Below, piece after piece: positions 11,070 to 22,264 of a stretch of 64,000 nucleotides of DNA (its first letter is position 1; the number at the start of each line of letters is the position of its first letter). The stretch covers positions 1,054,001 through 1,118,000 of the forward strand of contig NW_027191457.1 in NCBI RefSeq assembly GCF_011745625.1, written 5' to 3'. Source of the DNA: Cladosporium halotolerans (Eukaryota). The notes under the pieces were generated by a model. That model was not told the DNA's origin and searched no databases. It was given only the letters and a program-made list of their open reading frames with translations. The position numbers were made by a program, and so were the translations under genes.

Positions 11070-12157
11070 ATGATGATTCACCTCGGGATAACTCCCTTGA
11101 TTGTGGCCTTCACATCTCTGGCGAATGCACTCCAGCCATTTGAGGAATGGGGCCATGAACGAATCCAGCTCAAAGACGTATCAATTCATTTCCGCTACTC
11201 GGCGTCAGGTAAACCACCTTTATTGCTAGTCCATGGGTTCCCGGAGCATTCGCCCACGTGGATACACATCGGCCCAGTGCTCGCCGAACACTACACCGTT
11301 ATCGCACCAGATAATCGTGGCATGGGGGAAAGCTCCCTGGCCCGCGATGGCAACTACTCCGCCGTGGCTGGAGCGCAGGATCACCTCGCCATACTCAACT
11401 TTCTGAACATCAGCCAGGCCTACCTGTTCGCCCACGATAAAGGCGTTGGGATCGCCAGTGCTCTTGCCCTGGAGCATCCGGAAAGGATTGCGAAGGTTGC
11501 ACTCACAGAATACGTGCTTCCAGGCTTCGGATATCCAACATCAGTCACCTCACCAGACATATACATAAACTGGCAGCTCGCCTTCTTCGCCGTGCCGGAT
11601 GCGGCGCAATACTTCATTCAAGGCAGGGAGAAGGAGATGCTGGCCTGGTACTTCTTCCACGCTTCGTATTCTGGGAACAGCGTCATCTCAAACGACTTGC
11701 TGGATCTCTACACTCGCGCTATTTCGAAGCCGGGGTTTCTGAGAGCGGGTCTGAGCTATTTTGGCGCTGCTTTCGAAGACGCGGAGTATTTCACGGCCAA
11801 GATCAACGAATCTAAGTTGCAGATGCCGGTGTTGGCCATGGGAGGGGAGGCTTCGTTTGCGCCAGAGAGTGCTTTGCAGTCGGCTTTCGGGCCGGTCGCG
11901 GACGATTTGACGACTTTCGTCGTTCCTAAGGCTGGCCATTGGATTGTGAGTCGATCTATGCCGGTGATGCGTATGATTTCGCTGACACAAGCTAGGGTGA
12001 TGAGAACCCCATGGCGTCTGCGAGACGGGTCCTGGAGTTCTTGGGCAACGACACTAGCGTGCCTGCAATCGATCTTGGATGGCTTGAGACGACGACTACT
12101 ATGTTCGGTGCTTTCGGGTCTGACGAGGTGACGCCTGGGATCTATGGCACGATGTAG
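11070..12157 (+). CDS. Secreted alpha/beta hydrolase, epoxide hydrolase/haloacetate dehalogenase-like; intron 11946-11995
   Basis: Signal peptide, LLLVHGFP, APDNRGMGES, AHDKG nucleophile elbow and KAGHWI|GDENP after splicing. TATA-like tatatttaaa near 11012. Confidence 0.85.
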
Positions 12158-12828
12158 TGTGAGCCGTCGCTGATATCTGTTGTCAAAGTCAACAGCGATG
12201 ACGAGACGAAAAAGAGTTGCAGTCCATCCATCGGCATCCCGTTCCTGTTCACATCGCAGCCAAGCAAATAGACACATGTACCTGCAAAGTTTCGATGATA
12301 CCTTAATCAACCGTAGATATGCCGTTGTTCCAGAGAGCCTGTTCGTTCTGCTGCGGTGCCACGCAACACTCAGGTAATTTGGTGTCCGCACAGATCGCCA
12401 GACCGACGCTATTGTTGTCGGTCAGCGGTGGCGGTCGGCAGCCGATCACGTTATCTTTGTTCGGCGAGGTGGAAGACGCCACGGCGCAGCGAATGGCCTG
12501 GCGAGCGCTATCTCTCGCCGGGCATCAGTCATACACGCCGCAATCTGGCGCTAAACAGCCCGGTGTCGGTCCTCCTCCTGCAGATCCGCGAAGCTTTGCT
12601 GTCTGTGCTGACACATACGCGCAGTCCGGCGGGCGTTCCTACCTTTACGCGGGGTCAAATTTTCCAGCTCGAGCTCTCCCGCGGCCCACTCGACGCCCTC
12701 CCGCCGCCGGTGACTGGCACACCGCGAAACGTCCAACGGCACCACAAAATCTGCTCTCTTGCTCACAACCACAACCCATCCAACCCATCACCATACCACG
12801 CATGCTCTGACGGGGCACAAGCCTTTTG

Positions 12829-13042
12829 ATGTCTGCGCCTACAACTTTCACCTCCCAAGGTATGCCGACCCACCACCTTTCACACCGCTACGACCCACCA
12901 CGCAATGCAATGCGCGATAGGGAGCGCTCAACGAGGACCATCCTCTGAACGCTGGATCATTGGTCGTCTTCGAGGCATTGGCTGACATAGCGATGTTTCA
13001 GACTACATTTCCGACCACCTGTGGAAGGCTTCAGTGAACTGA
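12829..13042 (+). promoter_or_regulatory. Arginine attenuator peptide (AAP) u[26 protein letters not shown] (23 aa), exons 12829-12859 and 13002-13042
   Basis: ATG 12829, GTATGC donor 12860, GCTGAC branch, CAG acceptor 13001, TGA 13040-13042. Core FTSQDYISDHLWKA matches the Neurospora arg-2 AAP (FTSQDYLSDHLWRA). Confidence 0.95.
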
Positions 13043-13097
13043 AGACCGTCTCATACAAACCGGACGATACAACTTACTCAACAATCACTACTACACC

Positions 13098-14483
13098 ATG
13101 CCGATAATCATGTTCACCCGAATGTTCAAGCCGACCACTGGCCTCAAGCCGGCTGCTGCCAGCTTTGCCGCGAAGAGCTTTGCCCGCCCTGCTGTGCAGA
13201 TGAGGTTCAATGCCACTATTGCAGACAACACCGCCCGTCTGCCCGCTTCCACCAGGTCTACCAAGCCTTGCTTTGAGCGTGCCACCTTCACCATCAAGGA
13301 TGGCCCGATCTACCACGGAAAGAGCTTCGGCGCAAAGACCAACATCAGCGGTGAAGCCGTCTTCACCACCTCTCTGGTCGGATACCCCGAGTCCATGACC
13401 GACCCGTCCTACCGCGGCCAGATCCTGGTCTTCACCCAGCCGCTCATCGGCAACTACGGCGTTCCCGCTCCTGTTCGCGACGAGTACGGCCTCTTCAAGT
13501 ACTTTGAGAGCCCCAACATTCAGGCTGCCGCCATTGTTGTCGCCGACGTTGCGCTCCAGTACTCCCACTGGACCGCTGTTGAGAGCTTGGCCGAGTGGTG
13601 CGCTCGTGAGGGCGTCCCTGCCATCTCCGGCGTCGACACTCGTGACATTGTCACCTTCCTCCGTGAGCAGGGTTCGTCCCTCGGAAAGATCACCGTTGGT
13701 GAGGAGTACGACGCCGACGAGGACGAGGCCTACGAGGACCCTTCCAGCATCAACCTCGTCAAGAAGGTTTCCACCAAGGCTCCCTTCCACGTTCCCTCTC
13801 CCAACGGCACCGCCCACGTCTGCCTTGTCGACTGCGGTGTCAAGGAGAACATCATCCGTTCTCTCGTCTCTCGTGGAGCTTCCGTCACCTGCGTTCCCTA
13901 CGACTTCCCCATCCACAAGTCCGCCCACCACTTCGATGGTGTCTTCATCTCCAACGGCCCTGGTGACCCCACTCACTGCCGCAGCACCTCCGACAACCTC
14001 CGCAAGCTCATGGCCACTTCTCAAATCCCCATATTCGGTATCTGCCTTGGCCACCAGCTTCTCGCCATCGCTTCCGGCGCCGAGACTATCAAGATGAAGT
14101 ACGGCAACCGCGCCCACAACATCCCGTCTCTCGATCTCCTCACCGGAAAGTGCCACATCACCTCCCAGAACCACGGTTACGCCGTCGACCCTACCACGCT
14201 GTCCGCCGAGTTCAAGGAATACTTCACCAACCTCAACGACGGCTCCAACGAGGGTCTCATCCACAAGACCCGCCCCATCTTCTCCACCCAGTTCCACCCC
14301 GAGGCCAAGGGCGGCCCTCTCGACTCCAGCTACCTGTTCGACGCTTACATCAAGTCTGTCGAGGAGTACAAGCAGAACAACGACGTTCTCACTGGCGGCC
14401 GCAGGACCAGGCCCGACCCGCTCATGATCGACCTGCTCGCCAAGGAGCGTGTCGGTGTCGCTCCGGCGCACATCATGGCTTAA
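13098..14483 (+). CDS. arg-2 (CPA1): Arginine-specific carbamoyl-phosphate synthase small (glutaminase) chain, mitochondrial
   Basis: [33 protein letters not shown], catalytic [16 protein letters not shown] and QFHPE, plus a mitochondrial presequence and the upstream AAP. Start may be ATG 13110. Confidence 0.97.
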   Translation: MPIIMFTRMFKPTTGLKPAAASFAAKSFARPAVQMRFNATIADNTARLPASTRSTKPCFERATFTIKDGPIYHGKSFGAKTNISGEAVFTTSLVGYPESMTDPSYRGQILVFTQPLIGNYGVPAPVRDEYGLFKYFESPNIQAAAIVVADVALQYSHWTAVESLAEWCAREGVPAISGVDTRDIVTFLREQGSSLGKITVGEEYDADEDEAYEDPSSINLVKKVSTKAPFHVPSPNGTAHVCLVDCGVKENIIRSLVSRGASVTCVPYDFPIHKSAHHFDGVFISNGPGDPTHCRSTSDNLRKLMATSQIPIFGICLGHQLLAIASGAETIKMKYGNRAHNIPSLDLLTGKCHITSQNHGYAVDPTTLSAEFKEYFTNLNDGSNEGLIHKTRPIFSTQFHPEAKGGPLDSSYLFDAYIKSVEEYKQNNDVLTGGRRTRPDPLMIDLLAKERVGVAPAHIMA

Positions 14484-14744
14484 ACACTCCGATGTGTTTA
14501 TTGTAACGACCAGATTGAACGGTGTTTGAAATGGAGTCTTTGATGCTGGTAGCTCGGAAGGAACTTGTTCTGGATCTAGTAGTCTTTGTTTATTTTCTAT
14601 GAAATGTTCAAATCCATTTACCTTTTGACATTACCTTTCGTCCACAGCAGTCTCACCCCTCGTTGCACTACCGCAGAATTTCTTCTCACCCACGCAGCCA
14701 ATACGATGAACGTCCAACAAACACGATCAGAAACCGACCGCCCG

Positions 14745-16394
14745 CTAATTCCTCACCGTGTACGAAGCCCCATGGAAGAAATCACACTGCGCCGAAACGT
14801 CCAAGTCCCCAATAACCCCCGCCTGCGTGTAATTCACGCTCATCACCGCAAACTCCGGCACGCCCCCCTCCGTCCCCAGCGCAGCATTGTACACCGGCCA
14901 CGCGGGCTTCTGCGGCCCCGACGAGAACGACCGCGCGCTGGGGTCCAGGTCCGTCGTGAACGAGATGAACCACTCTTTCATCCACTGCGCCAGCGTCGCG
15001 TTGTTCACGGACGGCGAGTCGTTCGATTGCTGCAGGAAGGGGCCCGTCGCGGCGTGCAGTTGCGAGCCCGCGTTGAAGAGCAGTTTGTACGTTGGTTGTC
15101 CGGCGTCCGAGAGAGCGGATGACATGTAGTTCGTGGGGCAGTTGATGATGAAGTCGCCGAAGAGCGCGGAGCGCCGGAAGAACGTGCTGTTGTAGGCGGT
15201 GGCGGGGTAGAGCTGGTACAGGCGGTCGAGGAAGGAGGGCGTGGCGGCGGGGAAGAGGGTTTGCAGGTCGGTCGTTAGGTCCGAGGGCGTGCTGAGGGAT
15301 TGGTTGCTGAAGCCGTAGCCTTCGTAGCCTTCCCTGTCGGTCATGAAGGGGACTTTGGTGAAGTGGCCCTGTTTGAATTCGTTGCTGGGGAGGTCGCGCA
15401 GGACGTCGCCGTCGACGGAGGGGCCGTAGTAGAAGTCGCCGTAGCCGTAGCCGTAGCCGGGTTGCGCGGCGTAGCCGTCGATGTAGGTTTGCTGGGAGGC
15501 CGTTTGGAGGGCGGAGCTGTTTAGAGAACGCAGACATTGCAGGTTGCTGCAGGATGAGGCGGAGAGGAGGTCTCGGTATTGGCTGTTGAGGATGGTGTTG
15601 TCGTGGTAGGGCTGCCACCATGGGTATTCGGCGATGGCTGCTCGGAAGGGCGGGCTCGACACGCCGCCATACATAATCATTTGGCTGGTGACGGAGCCGC
15701 CGCCTGCGCTGCCGCCCCAGATGGTGACGCGAGCGGGATCACCGCCAAAGGCGCGAATGTTGCGCTGGACCCATTCGAGAGCGGATCGTTGGTCGAGAAG
15801 ACCGGCGTTCGCCTGTCCGTCTTCTTTGATTTCGGAGCTCGAGAGGAAGCCGAAGGCACCTAGTCGGTACTGGATCGATACGTATATCATGGAGCCTGCG
15901 GATGCGTTGACCAGAGCCTCGCCCGGCACCCTATATGAGTTGCCTTGGGTGTAGCCTCCTCCGTGGATCATCAAGAGTACAGGCAGGGAGGCTGACTCTG
16001 GTTCCGTCGGCGTATAAACATCCAGACGGAGACAGTCCTCCTCTCCTGCCACTGGGATCGGCTCCGTGGTGTTGAGCTGAGGCGGTCGCCGTTCCGGAGT
16101 GCCTTGGACGCACATAGGTCCCACTGACTCAGCGTTCAGGACATCATTTTGGGAGAAATCGTTATGGGCTTCGATGTTTTGGGGAGCTCGCCAGCGAAGC
16201 TCGCCTAAGGGTGCTTGTGCATAATGGACGCCGTAAAAGACGTTCGTATTGTAATCAGCCGCAAGACTAGCATTGCCTTTGTATTTTGCGTATCCGAGAT
16301 CAACGATTGGGCCGGTGCTGTTTCCATTGGTCTGGGCAAGCACTACAGATGGGCTGGTGGCCAAGGCTGCCAGGATCGGGGATGTTAGACGCAT
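14745..16394 (-). CDS. Secreted type-B carboxylesterase/lipase
   Basis: Signal peptide, EDCLRLDVYTP, IHGGGY, QYRLGAFGFL, NAGLLDQ and FGGDPARVTIWGGSAGG. Confidence 0.93.
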   Translation of the reverse strand: MRLTSPILAALATSPSVVLAQTNGNSTGPIVDLGYAKYKGNASLAADYNTNVFYGVHYAQAPLGELRWRAPQNIEAHNDFSQNDVLNAESVGPMCVQGTPERRPPQLNTTEPIPVAGEEDCLRLDVYTPTEPESASLPVLLMIHGGGYTQGNSYRVPGEALVNASAGSMIYVSIQYRLGAFGFLSSSEIKEDGQANAGLLDQRSALEWVQRNIRAFGGDPARVTIWGGSAGGGSVTSQMIMYGGVSSPPFRAAIAEYPWWQPYHDNTILNSQYRDLLSASSCSNLQCLRSLNSSALQTASQQTYIDGYAAQPGYGYGYGDFYYGPSVDGDVLRDLPSNEFKQGHFTKVPFMTDREGYEGYGFSNQSLSTPSDLTTDLQTLFPAATPSFLDRLYQLYPATAYNSTFFRRSALFGDFIINCPTNYMSSALSDAGQPTYKLLFNAGSQLHAATGPFLQQSNDSPSVNNATLAQWMKEWFISFTTDLDPSARSFSSGPQKPAWPVYNAALGTEGGVPEFAVMSVNYTQAGVIGDLDVSAQCDFFHGASYTVRN

Positions 16395-16930
16395 GATTGG
16401 GAATCAGAGCGATCCTGGGATCAATTGTGGCCAGCATGCGCAACAATGCCGTTGGCTCTGTATGACATTTATACATTCGAACAAACCTGACTAAGGACAC
16501 CGACGACATCATGTCTGAACGGTAAGTGAGGGGTTGATATAGTTTCGGTAAATTGACATTCCGTCAACCTCCGTTCGGTCACAGATGAACCGAACTCGCG
16601 CTTTGAGATCGTTCCAAGCCCTGTGCAAACAATTGTTGCTTACTGTTTCGATGCCAAGTACAGTATAACCTGCGTGTGGCTTGCATGTGAGCTGTAGCAT
16701 CTCCTCTGCGCAAGCACAGTAAAGTGGTCAAGAGAACATTGCACAGACGGAGCCAGTTTTCGTTCGCTGTAAAGTTGTCCGCCGGCAGAAGTCAAGGATA
16801 CATTCATGCTACTGTATAGACCCATAGAAAGATGTGCCGACTGCCGTGCTTCCGCACACCGAATGTTACTTACAAATGCATGGTGTGAGGGACCCGATGC
16901 GTGAGCGGCTGAGATCACATTGGAAATTGA

Positions 16931-16950
16931 CCCCAACCCTAACCCTAACC
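16931..16950 (+). repeat. Short interstitial telomere-like tract CCCCAACCCTAACCCTAACC
   Basis: Two perfect CCCTAA units plus a degenerate one in the intergenic region upstream of RidA. Confidence 0.5.
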
Positions 16951-17117
16951 ATGACCCCATCCTTGTCAAGCCCCACCAAACCCCACGACCTCACCGTGTG
17001 CACTGGTAGGGCGCGAGACTAATTTCACGTTCTGTACGATTGTCTTTCTACTGTAAAGACAAGTCAGTGAATCATCTATTTGCATTTGCTGCGAGACCAA
17101 GAAAGAAAACAGCGACT

Positions 17118-17684
17118 ATGTCTTCAAAACTGAAAGTCACGACGAAGAACGCCCCGGACTTGATGCCCGGTATGTGAAGTGTTGCTGCAATCAGAAGAAT
17201 GACGGACGGAAATGGAGTCTCATGACCCATTGAGCAATTGCTCTCCCGTTAAATCGCCTCGACGCAATAAGCTGACATCAAGCTCCCGCCCAGATGTCCT
17301 TTCCCAAGCCATAGTATCGAACAACACAGTCTACTGCTCCGGCGCCGTAGGCATCGACCCCTCCACCAAAACCCTCGTCTCCGGCACTGTAACCGACCGC
17401 ACCGTATCTCAAACCATCCTATCCACAAGCCTCCCACACCCAGCTAACCACCCCAGCACCAATGCATCCGCAACCTAGCCGCCGTGCTTGCTGCCGCCGA
17501 CTCAAGCCTCGACAACGTGCTCAAAGTCAACGTCTTCCTGGCCGACATGGCGGATTTTGCCGCCATGAACGAGGCGTACAAGACCTACTGGGGCGCTGTC
17601 AAACCTAGCCGGACGTGTGTGGCCGTCAAGCAGTTGCCGCTGGGGACGGATGTTGAGATCGAGTGTGTGGCTGTTGTGTCGTGA
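17118..17684 (+). CDS. RidA/YjgF/YER057c/UK114 family imine deaminase; exons 17118-17169, 17294-17403, 17457-17684
   Basis: Spliced MSSKLKVTTKNAPDLMPDVLSQAIVSNNTVYCSGAVG...NLAAVL...VLKVNVFLADMADFAAMNEAY...PSRTCVAVKQLPLGTDVEIECVA. Confidence 0.92.
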
Positions 17685-18843
17685 GTTCTTGGCCTTTTCT
17701 TTTGTCGGGTATGAGAAGCGTGAGTTGTGGAATGGAATTGCTGACAAGAGCGTATTGAACTCGCAGCCCGAGGAGCAACAAGTTGTAAGAAGCGCAACCT
17801 GTCCGTCGATGTATGGCCGATCTCAATGAACAATCGAGCATGCGTTCTATGCAGAGGTTGGCTAGGTCAAAATCCCATCCCCTTCACATAAGCCGCGCAC
17901 AAACACATACTGCAAAGAATTGAATCGTGTATCGCAAGCCCAAGCTTCCATTTTCTCATTATCTTGACAAGGGATGAAAGTAAGGTAAGGCAAGGTAAGT
18001 TACACGTCCGTTCCGCCCCAGAAGCCCATTGAACAACAGATAGATGTAAGGCGTAAAGCCACCGCCACCGTACCAGCGCACCCACATCCCATCTGTGTTC
18101 TCAGAACCTCAAGCCCAGAACAAACTCGGATCCGCCCTTCCTTCCTTCCCTATCCCCAGGCTGTCTTCTGGCCGTGGATCTGGACATCCCCTTTCCCCTT
18201 CCCTTCTTCTCCTTTTACACTCGGTGCGAACGAAAAAGCAAGTCTGAGCAACAGCAGAAATAATCAACATTTCAAGAATCAAGAATGAATGCGCCGGACC
18301 CAATGCTCTTTTTCTCTCTTCCCACGCTTTCGAATGCTGAAGGGTGTGTTTTAATGATGACGATAAGACGAACAGGCAAGAAAGAAGAAGATTCAAGAAT
18401 TTTCGCGCGAATGAATTGGAAATGAAGACGCAGAATAAACAGAACAATGACAAGCGTCCGTCCTTCCTTCCTTCCTTGAGGGTTGTAAGGGAATGGGATC
18501 GGATGCGATGGTGTGCCACGTCATATCGTGTGGCGGGTGTTTTCCTCCTGGCAGCTGTGAGGGGCCGGTGGATCGTCCTCTCTCTCCTCCATTGCCTTTG
18601 CCTGCGAGTTGGTCGGCGTCACGACGCGGCGTGCGGCGCAGCTACCGCTCCGTCAGTGCCTTTAAGAGTCTTTTCTATTCCTCCTCTGAGCGTATGTCCA
18701 TACATGAGCTGACGGTCATGTGAATCGCCGGCCCTGAACAGGAGCGTACGTGACGCCAGCGACTGATGAATCGGCTACGGTAAGCGATCGAGCCTTTTGT
18801 GTCAGACACCAAATGAGCGCAGCGATAAAATCAATCGTATCCT

Positions 18844-21800
18844 CTAGCCGCCCTTTCTCTCGCTCTCATTCGCAGGCATAGGCTCGCCGCCATGTGTCCT
18901 TGGACTCCTCGGCTGGCCGCCGGCAGTGGACTTGTTCTTCTTATGAGACTTGCGTCCGGGAGCCGGCTGCCACTCGCCTTTCTGGCCTCCAGCGGTGATC
19001 GGAGGTTGTTGGCCAGAGGATTTCGCAGCGGATTGCTTGTTGCCGTTGCCGTTGCCGTTGGAGTTTCCAATGCCGAGGCCGGCGGGTGTCGCTTTGCGCT
19101 CAGGCTTCGATTCGCTCGGCTTCGGCTTCTCATTCTCGTCGCGCTGTGCTTGTTTGGCGGTGGCGATTTTGGCGGCTTTGAACACGCCGTTCACCTGAGA
19201 TTGCTGCGGCGAATCGAACGTGTCGTAAGTCTTCGTAGGCGACGGCGTGCGTAATTCGGCGACTGGGGAAAGCAGAGGCCCAGCACTGACAGGAACTGCG
19301 TCAAGGACGGTCTCCTCCTGCGACCCTGCCTGCTCGTTCGATGTCGCGGGGAGCCGTGACCCTGATGTCCGTCGGGTCGTCGGTGAAATGCCTGGTGACG
19401 AAGTACGACGATCGGGTCTGGAATCGACCTCATGTCCGTTGTAGTCGGCAGTTCGCAAAGGCAGTGGATGCGCATAGTGAGGCTCCACCATGGGACCAAC
19501 GGAGACGTGCGTGAAGCCATTGGCATGTTGCCTGGGAGGCGGGGGAGGCGGATTGGATCCATTGACAATGATTGGACCTCCGTCGCCAGCGGCCTGCGCT
19601 GGTGCTTGCTCGGGTGCTGGGGATGAGTCGTAGCTCGAGGAATTATAGGCCCCTTGCGCTCTCGATGATCCCAGGTCACCAAGAGCGGAACTTCTCGCAT
19701 TACTCAAAGGGCTTGGCGACCTTGAAGAATGCCGTCCGTTGACTGTCGGTGGCATGAGATCGGGCGTCACTCTTCGCTGACGCTGCGGCGGATCCCTGAG
19801 AGTTGGCATTGCAGGCACTTGCATCTGCGCGCTGCCGGCTTGTTGAGGACCAAGCTGTGGCGATTGACCGACGTAGTAGCCAACATACTCCTTCGGCATT
19901 GCAGTGTCCGTGGAATTGTGTTGCATATTCGGCATCGCGGTATATGGCATCTGCATACCTCCATGCTGGACATGCCCATAGCTTTGAGAGGGACGGAGGC
20001 TGGGATAGCTGCTTCCAAGTCCAAGAGCATGCATATCGAACCCTTGTTGAGCAAGCTGATGCACCAACAACGGATGCGGGAATGAGCGACCAGGCTGGCT
20101 CTGCGAGCGGGTCGAGCTCGTCGATGGCACCGGCTCAGAAGCACGCTGACCTTGACGTCTTAATGCCGGAACAGCAGCAACGAGAGACGGACTCGAGGGA
20201 TTTGTATTTGTTCCTTCACGCGACCTCTGGGTTTGTTGAGCCACAGAAGATGCTGTAAAGCGTGGCGCGTAGGGAATCATGTACCCAGGAAGGAGAGGTG
20301 CTGTCTGAGGTGCGGCGTCGATCGAGTTGTATCGAGGGCTTCCAAGATTGGCATTGGCGAATTGCGTGCGAGGGTGTGGCGATGCCACGCCAGCCAAGTC
20401 ACCTGCTCGCACCTGACCCTGGTTCGTATGTTGCTGCGCAGCCAGCTGCGACCTGAGAGCATCTTGTTGAGCTTGGAGGTACTGATATTGCTGGTACAGC
20501 TGATCGTGCAGATTGCCCTTAGCAGCAAAGTAGTCCATCGCATTGACGCCGACCGGTGGGCTTTGCATGTACATCACCCGCTGGTTGTTAAAAGCGGAAC
20601 CACTGCTAGCACGCCTGTTTCCAGATCGCTGGGCAGACTGGTTGCGATTGCCGCCTTTCTTCCGTCCACCAGAGTTCTGCTCCTGATTCTGCCGACCTCC
20701 TCCGGATTGTGAGGCACTTCTGGTAAGGGTCGGCTTCGGCTTCGGCGGTGGTCTTTGGAAAGGCGTCTTCTCAGGATCGGGAGGAAACTCGAACTGCTCG
20801 CAGCATTTGTCCAGTTGACAGCCGTCTGCCAGAAATTCATAGGCGCGCCGGATCTCCTCGTGGATACCATGCCATGCGTAATCGTCCGCAGAATTGCCAA
20901 GATTGCGCTCCGTGTTGAAGGGCTCCTCGACACACAACCGACACCGCGCCTCCTTGTTGTCAGCGTAATTGTCCCATCCTTTTTCGCGTCTCGACAATAA
21001 TCGTCCCTCTTTCACAGAAATCACGTATGTCGAGAAGTTGAACTCATAACCGTAGTGCAGGAAGAACCCGAAGAGCAGCTCTGCTAGTGTTTCCTTGTTC
21101 TCTTGACCGTAACCCTTGATCGCCTCCAAGTCGTCTCCAAACGTGGACAGCTTCCCGTTCACAGTCGAACGCTTGTCGTCTGGCATTTTCTGTAATGAGG
21201 GCAGAATCGGAGGATCTCTTCGTTGCAGGAAACTGATGATCATACAAATCCAGGTGTAGGAGCTGATGGTGCCACCGAAAGCTAGAGTTGTTGTCAGGAT
21301 GGTGTCATTTCTGGGAAGAGGATAGGTTGAATGAAAATCTCACCAGCATCGTTCAGCAGCCTTCTTTTCGTCCAGTACTTGATGATCTTGGCCAAAGGCC
21401 GCACTCGTTCATCCAGCTGGACATACGTTTTGATCATCCTCGTGTTCTCCAGAGCCAAGGGGTTGTTGACGTTGATATCGCAAGCCAGCTGCAATTCAGG
21501 ATCCCAGCATTTCACAATCGGTACCTTGGCAGCCGCCCTGCAGACTACCTTTTCCATACCATCTGTTCACATGTTAGCGGTCGTGCCTTCCAAAAATGAC
21601 GTCGCCATCGAGTCTTGCGAGACCTACTTCTATGCAAGAGCATCGCCAGCGAATGCATGCTTTCTAACTTTCTCAGCGGTGTTGTAACACAAATATCCAC
21701 ATCGGAATCGCTGCTGCTTAGCAAATTGCCGGAGCTGCCAAAGACCGCCACCTCGATGTTGCTCTCTGGCCACTCCTCGTTCATGATCCGTTCCAGCTTC

Positions 21801-22264
21801 TTGACCAAGGCTGATCGCCGCTCTTCGCTCTCATCGCTCGGCAACAATCGGTCGTAGAGCTCGCGCATGTCTCCGGACAACTTGCTCTCCTCTTCCGGCT
21901 CCAGCGTCTTCTTCAGCTCCTTCTTCGGCGGCCCGAGCTCTTGGTCGCCGCCATCGATGTACGGTATTCGGCGTTTCCTGAATTCAGGTCCGGTCTCGAA
22001 CTTGCAAACGACAGGGCCCTGAGGGGGCACGCGCTGGGTGCCATTTTGACCCTGGCCCACGGCCTCGGATGCGACAGAGCGGGGGCTCTGGTTGCCCAGT
22101 CCGCGGTGCGGCGAGGGCGAGCGGGAGTGAAAGCGAATGTCCCGCGGTTGCTGATACGGAGTCGAAGGCACGGAATTAGAGTGCTGACTCTGCAATTGCG
22201 GGCGGGGAGGATGTCGCTGCATGAATTTTTCGTGCTGAAGCGTGGACATCGTAGGATGAGGCAT
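18844..22264 (-). CDS. Non-canonical poly(A)/terminal nucleotidyltransferase (Cid1/Cid13/CutA family) with long disordered C-terminus; introns 21627-21563 and 21343-21282
   Basis: FGSSGNLLSSSDSDVDIC (GS..DxD), AKVPIVK, CDINVNN, IKYWTKRR, GGTISSYTWICMII and PAP-associated LCVEEPFNTERNLG. The true start may lie further upstream. Confidence 0.9.

Noticed and set aside
18350..18480. ATGATGA box-C-like motif (possible snoRNA)
   Set aside because: No box D (CTGA) or terminal stem at a suitable distance; probably 3' UTR sequence.
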